64,000 nt of DNA from Ginglymostoma cirratum (taxonomy: Eukaryota), in NCBI GenBank assembly GCA_024137785.1, contig JAHRHZ010000062.1:27390244-27454243 (forward strand), in the 5' to 3' direction. Below, piece by piece: positions 1 through 13,142 of this stretch (its first letter is position 1; each line of letters opens with the position of its first letter). The notes below the pieces were generated by a model, which was given only the letters and a program-made list of their open reading frames with translations, did no database searches and was not told where the DNA came from. The translations under genes and the position numbers were made by a program.

Positions 1-769
1 ACTGCAGACCATTAAGATATGCAACGGAGCCTGCAATCCTTTCCCCATCCATCCCAATGATCCAGGCTCCCAGAAACAGACCAACAGGTCAGAGGTTTGT
101 TATGAAGATGTAATTAAGGCCAATTCCAGGGGATCCAGTAGACCAGCTATGCACAGTGTCTGCATGCATTAAGTCTGTTCAGTATCTGGCTGAACAAAAA
201 CTGACGTTCGGATATCAGCCTTTATACGTAATCCAATAAAGCAGTTATTGTGAACAAAATTAACTATTAATCCTTAGGCCACATGCATTTGCAAAGGGCA
301 GATTATCAGGACTTGGTCCACTTACAGGAACTGCTGTTAATCTATTGAAAGAGAAAATGTTTCTATAAAACTCAAAATGGTAACAGATGTACTCTAACCA
401 GTACAGACGGCAGCACTTTTTAAAAGCCAACGAATGGTATTCGTCAACTTCAAATTTCTTCGGTTATGCTTACATGGTAATTAGTTAGAAGAACAAATAT
501 AAATGGTTGTCTGCTTGTACTTTGTAGTTTGAAAAATTATATTGATGTTTTAAAGCTATAATTCATCCATAAAGTGCAATAGTTTCAGGCTAATAATTAG
601 AAGACTGCCTCAACCAAAATACCTTAAAATAAAATCTGTTCCAGATCTAATCTTTATGCCTCTGAGTGAGAATGAGCATTTTATCATGTGCAGTATTTAT
701 ACATCGTATGGATATTGGTGTTACAAGTGTACACATGTTTTCAAAAGGAATGTCGAAGAGTGACCCAAA

Positions 770-1070
770 AGAGGTCTTTAAAATCATGTAGGGGTTTCAA
801 AGAGTGGATGCAGAGAAACTGTTCTTGTGATGAAGAGGAAAACTAGAGGCCGCTAATATAAGATATTCACCCAGAAATCCACAGCAGAGTTATTATCCAA
901 AGAGTGGTGACAATATAGAACGCAGCATCGCAGGGAATGGTTGACACTAAAATGAATACATATAAAGTGAGGGTAAATAATAATACAAGAGAAAAAAGGG
1001 ATAAAGGGTTATAATGCTAGAGTTAGATCAGGGATAATGGGAGGAGAGTTGAGTGGAACATGAAGCAGCA
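770..1070 (+). mobile_element. Degraded CR1-type LINE 3' fragment
   Basis: gaggtctttaaaatcatg...gagtggatgcagagaaactgttc...aaaactagaggcc resembles the ORF2 C-terminus (EVFKIM...EKLF...TRG) seen in the other copies here. Confidence 0.6.
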
Positions 1071-3569
1071 TGAAATACTACAGCTGAAATAGGGTTTGAA
1101 CCAATGCTATTGGTGTCTTGAGCCTTTTCCACATTTCTTCCAACGTTAATTTTGAAGATGGTTAACTTTTCAAATTGCTTTGGTCTTCTCTCCATTCCTT
1201 TTGACTAAAATGACTACCAGTCCTATCTAAAGGCACTGTCATTGCTGCTCATTGTTGATCATTTTAATAACGCTGTGCTGATGTTTGGCTCACTCCCATT
1301 CAGTTACATTTTGTCTCCCATCTGCTTTTGGTCAGTGCATTGCCCATTAACAGATCTAGATTCATTAACTTGCATTATACAGTAGCAGAAGTCCAAATAC
1401 ATACGCTAGCTGAGTTAGAACTTCAAATTCACACCTGCCAGTGCACAACACTGTGCATTAATGCTTTGCAAATCTGCCTTGAAATGGGAGTTTCAATGGG
1501 TGACCCTCATGAACTGAATTTGCGATTATAACATATTGCAATAAGTGCTGGAGTTAAAATTTCACAGTAATCAATTGCTGATTATTCTTTGATAAATCTT
1601 CAGTGATGATACTGCGAGTGGTAAGCTCTAGTCTGAAAATCACTGTACATCAGTAAAATGGAGCATGTGGATAGATGTTAACTGAGTTGACAATGCCATA
1701 ATTTTAACCTTGGACAATATCAAAACAATAGTCCATTTTAAGTCACTTGTAATGCACTGAAAATCAGTAGAAGAGTATAATGGGATACCTTTTTGATCAT
1801 GCTCATTTACACTATTGCAAAAGTATTTCTGAAAAAATGATGCATTTTTTGAAGCTTCATGCCTTGTACACCTCAGGATAATTTGCAAGAAAACCAATTC
1901 AATAGGAGCTATAACATTTACACTGCTAATTAGTTAGCAAGTAGCAGAGGCATTGCCATGGAGAATGCAATGATCCATGCTGACAGTTAACTGCCAAGCT
2001 TTGATCAAATTTTAAATGAAGCAGTTTGATGCTGATTAGTCAGGGCATTGCCCTGAGAAATGAACCAGTGAATGGCTGTTTGTTGAACTGAAACAGGTGC
2101 AGTGCATACACGTTCTTTCTGTCTGCAAAGAATGAGGTCCTGTGCATTAACATATGTAACTTCCAATACACAGAGCCTGGCTGACAATCTGAAATTAGCT
2201 GTCTGCATAATTATTTGCACATTCAGTGTTATCCAGCAAATGTTATTCAAATGTAGAATCACATCTAACATTTGACACTGTGTTGTGTGTTTTGCAAGGA
2301 CAGGCTGGTTGGTCAGTTATGCAGTTTGCAGTTGTTGCAAGCAGTCAAAGAAGTATGTATTGATATAGTCTGCCAATCTTTGAAACATATGTCCTGTACG
2401 TCTGCATCATACCAGCACAGAAACTATTGCTCACATTTGTGTGATGCCTTACACTTTCTAGAGTAATATGAGGCAGATTGGGCACTTTTCAGTACCAAGA
2501 GTGATTGTCTTGGGGTGTTTCATGAGCTTGTGCTGTAACACCATCTCATTAGAAAAATAGTTTTGATTGTGAAATATGTATAACTATTCAGGTCAGGTAT
2601 ACACACATACATTAAAAACATTTAAAAATAAGGATTAATGCTGGAGTTGAGCATGAGAAACTATCGCAGCTAGCAGGAAAAGAATATACCTCGAAGGGGA
2701 CATGGAGATGATATACATATGCTATTAGTTAAATCAGTTCTTAGCACACACAACAAAATAGTATAAGCAATAGTTTAATCATGAAAAAGAAGGCCTGGAA
2801 AGATACATGGCAACATCACTCCTGGGCATGAAATTAATGTGTTAATTACTGAAGAAATACTGGAACCATCCAACTGATAATGATGCCAAAGATCCTTATC
2901 ACATGAATATCATTAGAAACCAGGATAAGGCAACACTCAAAGACAGAAATGAAACATCTTTACCGATAAGTCTTTGACAAAGGATTTTTTTTTAAGATTG
3001 GGAGAATAAGAGAGAGACAAAAGGAGTATGAAACATCATAAATAAATTGACTAGATAAAAGCTCACACCTTCATAAAGGAATCTTCACCAAATAATTAAG
3101 AAATAATGTTAAATGCTATAGCAGCTCATGAAAGTTGGGGAACCTGTAAGGGGGTTGACATCCATATTTGCATATGCTACTGGGGGGTGTTGATCCAAAT
3201 AATATAAAAAAAAACATGCTTTTACTAAGATTTCAGAAGTATTAGAAACCCTCAGATAATATCTTATCCACTTCTTTATTTTCTCAAGTGAAAAATTGCA
3301 GACCATTAAAATCCTCTGGGATATTTGTAGGATAGCTGAGGCTTATTAAAATTAGCCAAACTATTTGGAGAAAGGTCATATTCTTGAGCAGCTTCTTCTC
3401 CTTTGGGATGGTTATGTAAATCTTATAAAACTGAAACCAAGCATTTGTGGAACTGAGTAACTTAAACTTAGCAGACAAAAGATATTAGGGAAATACATCT
3501 GATTCAAGGCAGTTCTGAATTAGTTAATTCTGAATACGAGTTAAAAACTAAACTAAAAAACTATAAATC

Positions 3570-4800
3570 ACTTCAGCACTGTATACAGTGGGAAATGATC
3601 TGTTATCTTCTGGAAATATACCACATACACTAGTTCCCCTTTATCGATTCTATTTATTGTATCCTCAATGAACTTCAGCAAATTTGTCAAGTATGATTTT
3701 CCTTTCATAAAACCATGTTGAGTTTGCTTGATCGCGTTAAGCTTTTCTAAATATTCTGGTTTATCTTCCTTAATAATGGATCCTAGCATTTTCAAAACTA
3801 CAGATGTTACAATAACTGGACTATATTGTCCTGTTTTCTGTCTCCCTCCCTTCTTGAACAGGAGTACCACATTGACTGTTTTCCAATCCAGTGGAAACCT
3901 CCTAGAATGCAATGAGTTCTTGTTGAGATTGCTAGCCACTAAAGGATCCTTAACTACAAGGTCTCATATTAATCCTCCTTCCTTGCACATTACTAGATCT
4001 AAAATATTCTGGTCCTGGCCTGGTTGTGCAACATTCTATTCTAAGAAACAATCCCTGAAGCACTTTACAACATTTTCTTCCATGTTACTCTTGCCAATCT
4101 GATTTGTCCAAACAGTATGCAGATTAAAATTACTCACGACAATCCTAGTGCCCTTCTTACATGCTTCAATTATTTTCTGTTTTATATTTTGTCCTACAGT
4201 GAGGCAGCTTTTTGGTGGTTAAAAGACATGTTCCGTCCGTAACTACTTTCTTCCCTTGTTATTTCCTTATTTCCACCTAAGTTGATTTCTCCAGCACAAT
4301 CTACTGCACCTATATCACTACTCACCACTGCACTGATACTTGCTTTATTAACAACACTACCGCACATCCGTTTCATTTTTGTCTATTTTTCGGGAACATC
4401 AAATATCCTTGAGTATTGAGTTCCCAGTCTTCTTCAATTCACAACCACGTCTCTGTAATAGCTATCACGTCATAATCGTTTGTTTCTATTTCTGCCTTTA
4501 AGTAATCTATCTAATTATAAATCCTGAAGCTATGACTTATAACCATTATTACTTTTTGTTTCTAATCCCTACTGCACTCTTTTCCTTTTATGCCCCTTCC
4601 TGACACATTTTGATCATTATTCATCTCTTCATTACCCTACATCTCTCTTTTCTAATTCCATTTTGACTTTTTAAACTTCCCTTCAATTGAATCTTCCTTC
4701 CCTATTTTTGAAGCTTAAAGGCCTATCAACAATCTAGCTGTATAATTTGACTGGCACTGGTCCCAGCAAGCTTAAAATGAAGCTCATCCTAACAGGACAG
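3570..4800 (-). mobile_element. CR1 LINE relic (ORF1 end, endonuclease, RT start) with internal deletion
   Basis: ORF 3568..3939 has PLDWKTVNVVLLFKKG...QHGFMKGKSYLTNLL (CR1 RT N-terminus); minus-strand YDVIAITETW at ~4445-4475 and ILDLVMC at ~3985-4005 (APE endonuclease). Confidence 0.9.
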
Positions 4801-5250
4801 TGCATTGAATTGTATGAATCCAATATGTGTACCGACCAGTGAAAGTAGATTTATGGTCAACAGTAAATTTCTCACCTAGGCCATCAAGGAAAGGGAGCTC
4901 ATTTGACTGTTCCAATTCAAATGTGACTTTGAGAGAAAGATAGAGTTCATGAAGAAATCTTACTTGCAGCTGTGGATTCGAATGTAGCAAAAGTATCCAC
5001 TCCATTTGGTCATATGCAAGGCGGGGGAGGTTATGTGACAGTCTGTTATTGGTATTTTTCTCATGGAATCCAGCAAAAATGTTTTCAAGAGTTGTACCTA
5101 GTGGGGATCCATGGAACATCATCACTTTGTGCATGCATGGTGTTGTTAAACTGATCTCAATTGTGCAAGTTGCTGAGTTCATTGGTTCCATGAATACTGA
5201 TTTACAGGTAAAGTTGGCAGGTCTGGATCACCATGATATAGAGAGGATCA
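4800..5250 (-). mobile_element. Penelope-like element reverse transcriptase fragment
   Basis: ORF 4784..5191: GSPLGTTLENIF...LKVTFELEQSNELPFLD...HKSTFTGRY matches PLE RT motifs MGSPL..LANIF, FT.E.E....LPFLD, YRKPT.TG.Y. Confidence 0.8.
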
Positions 5251-8200
5251 GCCAGTGCTTGTGTCGTATGTGATAAATAATCCATCATTCAAATAACTTG
5301 AAAATGCCTCATAAACGTCTACATAACTTGTCTCACTGAGTGGGTTATTTTCTTCATTTCCTTTTTATAGCAAAGAAAGTGCACATTGTGGCATTAAACC
5401 CCTCAGTTCTTTGGTCACTGTTAAAAATAGTCCATCATTCATCACTATTGCTGCTCCTTCATTAACTGTGATAATTCGCAGATATGATTGATGCTGCTGA
5501 TGCAGTCCTTGGAACATTTAACGTTGCCTCGATTTTAACAAGCCCTTCATCATCTCAATCTCTCCCTCCAATATCTGAGCACTGTCTTGTTTATCATAAT
5601 CTAAAGATACTTAAAGCATGCACCCAGCAACTTTTTAACACAGAGGTTCAATTGCTGCACAGAAATCTCCACTAGACCCTGACTATACATTGATTGATGA
5701 ACCATGGGAAGATATATCCACATACATTACTCATATGATATATTAACATTTAGCTTCCTTGAATCTCCAGACTAGCTGGTTCATTTTTCATTATTGTACT
5801 CTAAAAATGATACTTTTAATTGACAGTGCCATTTTCTGTACTGTCTCTTTGTTAATTTCAGGCCAGGTTCACATTTTCAAAGACCACATAGACAGTCAGT
5901 ATTTTATATGTTGCAAGATGATCTTGTAACAGAATTATCAGTATATGAAAGAATGCAATGAAACTTTAGGTAACAAAAAGAAACTATGAGAATAAAATCA
6001 CAAACAAATTAAAGCGAGCAAAAAGTTCACGTTTCAGTAAAACCTCATCAAATTGTTTCAGAAGTGTGTGGTTTTGAAATAAAGTATCGTTTTGCCCTCA
6101 TTCCATCATAGGGACTTTTAAAAATAAAGACTAAAATATAGACAATGTTCTTTTGAATTCCTTTTTACTATTCAGGAATTGTTGCACTGCAAGGTCACAT
6201 AAGTGCCCTTCTGAAAGAAATGATAGCTTGTTCATGACATGTTTGTACCCTGCTTTGGATATTCTGCCCACTGATGCAATTTAGAAGGTGCATTTCTGAT
6301 GGGAAATATTTCCTCTATGCATGTGGTGCTGCAAAATCATAGGGTAGGGAGCTACACAGCGCACAAAATAACCCTTTGGCTCATATAGAACAACAACAAA
6401 TAGAAATTCCTACAAGAGCCCGTCAGTATATCAAGTTGAGATTTGTAATATCTGGTAAATTTTCTAAAATTCTCTGGCCTTGCATGGAGATTCCACCTGA
6501 AAATGCTCGTCTTTCTTTTAACCCATAGTTAAATTCTTAAATTTTCATTTTTGCTCGTTTTATACCCTAATACAGTAAGATTAATCTGCTTAATATCGTG
6601 AACTTAGATATAGGCTTAAGTAAAGCAAAGTTTGAACAATTTATTTTCAAACATGCAAATCTTCCAGTGATCTAAATCATGATGTTCAAGATTTTTTAGA
6701 TAGACTTACTCAAGTAATGGAACAGTTATACTTCACAGCCAACTCATCTTTATGTATAAGCTTCTCGTACTGTTAAATTGCAGCATCAGTTAGGCTGACA
6801 GAAAGGGCTTCTGTCTCTTTATCCTTTGTACTGTGCTGTGTTAGAGTGTTACCATTAGCATGTGCTGTGCAGCAGGTCTAGTTATCAGACAGACTGTGTA
6901 AAATGATACTTTTTGTCAGACTGACCTTTCTCCAGTACTCAAAACCTTACAAAACCTCGGAGGCCTCCTTTGCATTTTATCAAGTTGTTGACTTGTTATT
7001 GATGTTTCATTCAACACCTTGTGTGAAATAGACTAGAACCAGTTTTTTTGGATCACTTTTACTAATGCCTTCACTTGTCCCTTTATTAAGATCATGGCTG
7101 TCTCCAGCACTGTTTTAATATTTATTAAGGGCATGTGAAGTTTACTCAAAGTTGCCATCCAACAGGCTCAGAGTTATGAGTTGGATTAAACATGCATTGA
7201 AATAAATCCAATCAGAAAAATGCCCATTTTGTGGTACAAGTTCTCAGATATGAATACATGTCCTGTGGAGTTAAGTGTATGAAAAATGGAAAATATTTCT
7301 GCATGTGTTCACCATTCAGAAACACAATTAATGCTTAATCAATTCATAGCTATATCGCTCTGTTCATTGTGATCTGTAAAATATGTACAGTTTTGGTATG
7401 TTGTTTGGAATATCACTCAGTTGATCTACTTAAACATGACGTACAGTTCCAGGTACCATAATACAAATCACAGTTGAAAGCCAATGCATCAGACTGTGTA
7501 ACCAAGTATTTTCAATCAGTATATTCACTGTAGTGTAATTTATTATTTTAAAGCAGTAAGTTACTACTAATATAAATATATATTCCAGCATTTTGCACTA
7601 TCCAGAAACAATGAAAATACTGTGTAGTGTACTCTACAGCTCTCCCATGTAATATACCATGTCTAGATCAATCAGATGCCAGGCTATATATCCTACATTT
7701 CCAAATTAATGTTTTCCTTGAGTCCTATAGCTTATTGTTCAAAAAAAAAAGTTACAATGCAGCACATTGTATAGATTTAGGTCCACACAGTATGCTTACA
7801 TTGTAATATTATTCAGACTCCTAAAATGATAGGTCAGTGTACAGTGTCCTTAACCAATATGACCCCCCAGCATGAGGTACATTTCTGTACAGTTTGACAC
7901 GCTGTTCTAGAAGAGTGAGGTACAATGTAGCATTCAATCTTCAAGCAGTTCCAAGTTATCCTTTTGCTGTAAGTGTAAAAGCATATATTTTGAAATACTT
8001 TCATTTTATTTGTAATGTTTTATATTTCTAACTCTAAATTTCTTGTACAATTGAAAGACTTCTTAGAACTTTGTATAATTGGGCAAGTGTCATTTTGACC
8101 ACACAGTACCTCCCAATAAAACAAAGTCACATCAGTTCGGTTGGTAATTATTAGGAATGAACATGCATTTCAATAAATGAAGAAGGCATGTTTCTTGCGC

Positions 8201-9930
8201 TTGTAAGTCTCTATTTTGCCCAGTGTAGGCTATGGCACTGGGTAAGATGAAAGCAGGATAAAGGTGCTTCCCTACAGTTGATAAGGGAAATTGTTGATCA
8301 CTCACTCAGGTCTTAGTGGCTGGCTTAAAAGCGCACTGTTGAAGGTTTGAAATTGAAGAAGTAAAGTGTGTGCGTAGAAGAGGAGAATTCACTTGTTGAA
8401 ATAAATCTGTTTGATATGCACTTCAGAAAGAATGCCATTTGATTGTATGGAGGCAACGAAGCAGAACAAGCTGAACTGGAACAGGTCATTTAGGAGGCAA
8501 GATGGTCAGTATCCATTCAATACTGATGAACAGATTTTATGTGTCTTTCATAAGGGACTGAAAGAAGTTTTTGTGAACTGAGTACAAGGGAATGAAGTTA
8601 AACTGGAATTATTAACTTTTTGAGATAATATAATTATAGAGGGGCTATTTTCTTTTGTTTCCTATTAACAGAAAAAAATAGTGCAATTAAGTAAAAAGAA
8701 GTCATTTACTGCATGACATACAGAAAGAAATATTTAAGGTTACAGATAGTTTGTGCAATGGTGAGTTAGAGTTCTGTTCTGTCTGCATGGATCTAGGTTA
8801 CTGTAGTTCAGGTAGAAGGGACCAGAGTCTTCTCTTAATGCAATTATTAAGGATTTCAAGTGGACTATTAAGATAATTTCTACTCAATTCCTCAATGGAT
8901 AAGCATCAACAATGTAACACCACAGCATAACATCTTTTCATAACTTGGCATAATTGACTACTCTGACCATTGGAGATGATAGTTTCCAATTTGGTAAAGC
9001 AGCAATTATCAGTCTACATCAGTAATATGAATAAATAGATATTAAAAATGACTGGAAAAATAAAAGCAGTTAATGGCTCCATTGTCACCAGTATGAAGTG
9101 ATTTTTTTGTGATTTCATTGAGTTTGAACCCAAATAGCTTACTTCTATTTCCACAATTTCAAGTTGTCTTTAATCTTCTGAATGTTTTTCATTGAAGTCT
9201 GTATAAGCAGATTGTGTTAAGCAGTGCTTCCTGTAAGAGAGTGTAAAATAGCTGGAAAGCCAGTCTGTCTTCAGATTTGATCAAAGGTGACTGTCATGGA
9301 TGAACATGTGAATTTACACCACAGATATTCCTGAAGGAGGACATCAGTTTGTCTATAGTTGACCCCACCTCTTAGTTACAGAACAGATAAATTCATTCTC
9401 AATTGGAAATAAACTTTTAGTCCTGCACCACACTTTTTCGACCACTCCATTTCTAGTTATAAATCAGATCATAATTTATTCCAGGTGTTCTTCAAAGCCG
9501 GTGTTCTTGTGAATGAGACAGTTTGCTATTTTGTTTCTCAAAAATAGTGTTAGGAGCAGGCAATGATCTGCCCTTATATAATGCATCACTATGATAAAAA
9601 AGTCACAAAATTTTCAGCTCTCTGGGCTGCTATTTTACTGCTCAAAATGTAAGCAGATATGACTTTTAATATTGTTTCATACTGATAAAGGGAGCATTGA
9701 CAGGCTTTCCATATACTGAAATATTACAATCTGTTATGGTATCTCATTTGAGTTTGAAATAGCAGGGTATAAGGAGTCAAACACGAGTTAGGTTCCTTGA
9801 GGGTAAAAAAAATGGATGAATAACTAGTAAAGGCTGGATGCTGATCCAGCAGCACTTAACGCTGCCAAGATTGACACAGTGACTGTCACACAAAAAAAAA
9901 CTAACAGATTTTTCTGTTCTTTCTATGTAG

Positions 9931-10039
9931 GAACGGGTGCCCTTTGAGAATCTTGCACAACAGCTGACAGGAAAAACAGGGGAGGATGTGAAGGTTGGTC
10001 CAGGGGTCATTGACCTCACGAGACCAGAAGACGCAGAAG
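9931..10039 (+). CDS. SOX6: SOX6 internal coding exon (109 nt), [36 protein letters not shown](G)
   Basis: Acceptor ttctatgtag|GAA with CTAAC branch point at 9901; donor GAAG|gtgagt. Peptide matches the recalled SOX6 segment [37 protein letters not shown]. Phase 1 joins the next exon in frame. Absent from the ORF track. Confidence 0.93.
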
Positions 10040-11209
10040 GTGAGTGGGTAACCCTAAGGTCTAACAAAAGTTTGCATTGTCAATGAGTAGTCAACTCAAG
10101 TAGGTTAACTGTTGGTGCTTCTACATTGGCTTCACAGTTTCTCTTTTCTCATCCTTATTTCCCATGTTTCGCCTTGAGCATAACCAGAAACCTACACATT
10201 GTAATTCCAATTAACACAATGATTTGTGCTGCCATTACTGCTTAATTATAAGCATTTTGGAAAGATCACAATCTTATGGAGAGTAATTTGGAGTCAATTC
10301 ACATTTAAAAATGCACATTGAATTTACATGATTCTATTTGAGGTATTTGTACATGTGCCCAGATGAATTCATACACGGGCCATCTCATCTCAGATCAAAG
10401 CAAGTTAAATAAAACCTGAATCTCAAATCATCAAGGCACACCTGAACCCTCAAAGCAGTTCAGAGATCTGGGGGAGCAAACAGAGAGCAGGTAAAAGACT
10501 CCTATTGCTTTTTATTTTAACACTGAGTGTAAACCTGGTGAATTTTGGCCTCACCACTGGCTACATCCTCCCAATCCCTCGAATATCATGCTCAGGGCAC
10601 ATCTAACCCAGCTTCTCTGCAGTCTAAATAAGCAATTTTCATTTTGGTGATGTACGTGCTGGTGGAGATCAACGTGCCTTGCACCAAATGGAGATCATGT
10701 TTTAAGGATTTGTCAGAGAGAACTAGTGGTCTGGCAGCAAGGCAACTGTTTAATTCTCTGAGGACCTTATGGGAGTCATGTGTTCCGTGGTTTTCCAGTG
10801 GATAAATCATTGTAAATTCCCTGTAGGCTCTGAAACTGTTTCAAAATGGTTGGAGTGAAGAGGACAGTGTGAGCCCAAGAATGAAATGGCAACAGGTTCC
10901 ACATTTTTCTCAAATCTTCAACAATGATGCAGAAATTCATCCAAAAAATTGCCAATAATGCACAAATTATGCTTATAATCTTATTAGCATATTTACTAAA
11001 TTTGAATAAATCTCTCAAGGTGTTGTCAAGTATTCAGCTAGTTTTGTAGAATATTTGGATCCAATGCATAAATGTAATTTTAAAAAAAAGGCCCTGATGC
11101 TAATGGGGCTGTTATTTTACAAATAACTATTTTAGCAAAAGATCAGAATCAGATCAGGAACACGTTCAGCAGAAACAAGCGACTGCTTCATCAGTAAATT
11201 ATATTAGGA

Positions 11210-11262
11210 TCTGATGCTGCCTGGCCTGCTATGTTTCTCCAGCTCCAAATTGTGTTGTCTTA
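11210..11262 (+). mobile_element. Short fragment of Penelope-terminus-type repeat
   Basis: ctgatgctgcctggcctgctatgtttctccagctcca is near-identical to 31967-32003. Confidence 0.7.
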
Positions 11263-12094
11263 GGATCTGGTGGTGATGTTTTGATCCCAAGCAATTCTGA
11301 CCATGAGGAGCAGCTTCTATTGAGCTATTGCAAGACAGCTGTATACTTTACCATCTCCTTGGCCAATGCTAACTGCAGTAGTAGAAAGTCAACTGGGCTT
11401 CACAGCCTCAGCAACAGTCAAAAGCTGCAGTTTGTGGCACGTTCTCAAAAGCTTGATCTCCCAGAAGTTGCTGGCCAGAAGCATTTCAATGGTCCTGATG
11501 TGAGCAGCAGAAATATTCCAGCAACTATTGCTGAAGCCATAAAGAGGGGGAACCAGGAGAAGGGTTTGATTTAGGAAAATGTCTTTAAATAAATTCACTG
11601 GAAAGCCAAAAAAATTCCAGCAGTCGGTGTTCCAGCTGCAAAAACACCAAGAGGTCACATAGTCCTCCATGGTTTTAATCTTCGCTCCGGTGCTGTACGG
11701 AGAGGAAGACAGACTTCTGTTTGTTGCACAGAGAGCAGAGAAGAGAAGAGGCAAGAATATACCTCCCTATCCTATCATGGGAAACAAACCTTAACAAGTA
11801 TATATTGCATTTCTTGGGGAGGGAGGGAACCCAAATGGACAAAAGAAAATGCTAACAAAACACATTCTGAATGTATTGAAGTAGAAACCATTTAATCAGG
11901 AAAGCTGCTTCTTTCTAATTAACTGATCATAGCTCCAAACAGAAGTCACAGCTGACTAGCATTTCTGTCAGCTGCCATGTCAGTCTGTTTTGTGTTGTGT
12001 TAGAACGGCTGAGTCTCACAGCTGACTACTAAGCCAACAAGGGGAGATGGAGTTTGCTGATTTGCCCAAACTGAGAAGTCAGCTGTAAGACATG

Positions 12095-12150
12095 ACTTGA
12101 ACCCAGACCTTCTGGCTCTGAATTGGGGTCACTGTGCCACAAGGCCCTTA
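12095..12150 (-). mobile_element. Short tRNA-derived SINE fragment
   Basis: Minus strand reads gggccttgtggcacagtg...ccagaaggtctgggttcaagtc (B-box-like); same family as 22869-22970. Confidence 0.6.
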
Positions 12151-12444
12151 TTCTGAATAGATGTATGTTTGGACTCCTAACTAATTACACCTGTGCAGTT
12201 GTTTTAAAATCACAAATCATGACTTCACTTTTCAGATCAGTGAATGAGAATCCACATCGGTGGCCCATGTGAGCCTCCTGAGTGTTCAGCGCATCTGAGA
12301 TGGGAGAGGATTGCATCCTCTCCCTCTGGTGGCTGCATTTATAACCGTGGGTTGAACATTTACTGCATTCAGGTGTACTGGCATGAACCATCTCTTTAGG
12401 TGTGTATCCGTGTCAACTGTACATCAGCAATGTAATCTTCTCTT

Positions 12445-12755
12445 TAAATCAGGAAAATTGGTTCAGCTCAGAGACTTTAACACAAAAATCAAGGATAATG
12501 CTCCGGTACAGTAAAGAAGGAACATTGTACTGTCAGAGGTGTTGACATTTATTTAAGTAAAGTGTATCCTCCCAGATGGACATAAATGACCCAATGCCAT
12601 GCTTTTATAGAAGGGGTATCTACTGTGCCCTGGTTGATATTTGTGACTATCAGATTTCGACATTACAACAGTAACGACAAATCAATAAAAGTATTGTATT
12701 TGTTGTAAAGCGCCTTGGGGCATCCTGAGATCATGAAAGTTGCTTTATAAATGAT
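12445..12755 (+). mobile_element. SacSINE1/DeuSINE-type SINE, degraded
   Basis: cagagactt...tactgtcagaggtg...cagatggacataaatgaccc and 3' tail gtaaagcgccttggggcatcctgagatcatgaaagttgctttataaatg match the recalled shark Deu-SINE consensus. Confidence 0.7.
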
Positions 12756-13095
12756 CTCCAGAGAGAGGTTTCTATGTTATATACTTTATTACAGCGATTC
12801 CCCCACGCTGGGTTGCCATTGCTGGCATTGTTGCAAAATAAAGTCAGCATCTGTCTGCATCTGTACGTGTCCTCAACTATTTCTGCCCATCTGTTCCTTT
12901 TTGTGTGTTTATGATGCCTTGCTGTACATGTTTGCATTTCACTCTTTGTGTATTCTCACTTTTTGTGCATGTTTGCATCTCTCTATCTTGTTTGTTTGAC
13001 TCCCTTTCCTTGTTTGTGTTTCTCTCTCCTTAAATTTGTTTTTCACACTTCACAACTCTTTCTGCCTTGTGCCTGTTTCTGTCTGATCCCTGTCT

Positions 13096-13142
13096 TTGTG
13101 TGTCTCTCCCTCTCTCTCTTTCTCTCTCCCTCTCTCTCTCTC
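13096..13142. repeat. (TC)n microsatellite at the end of a pyrimidine-rich tract
   Basis: Directly visible. Confidence 0.85.

Noticed and set aside
1-9930. Further SOX6 coding exons upstream
   Set aside because: No SoxD-like peptide with splice sites recognised by eye; treated as intron, though small alternative exons cannot be excluded.
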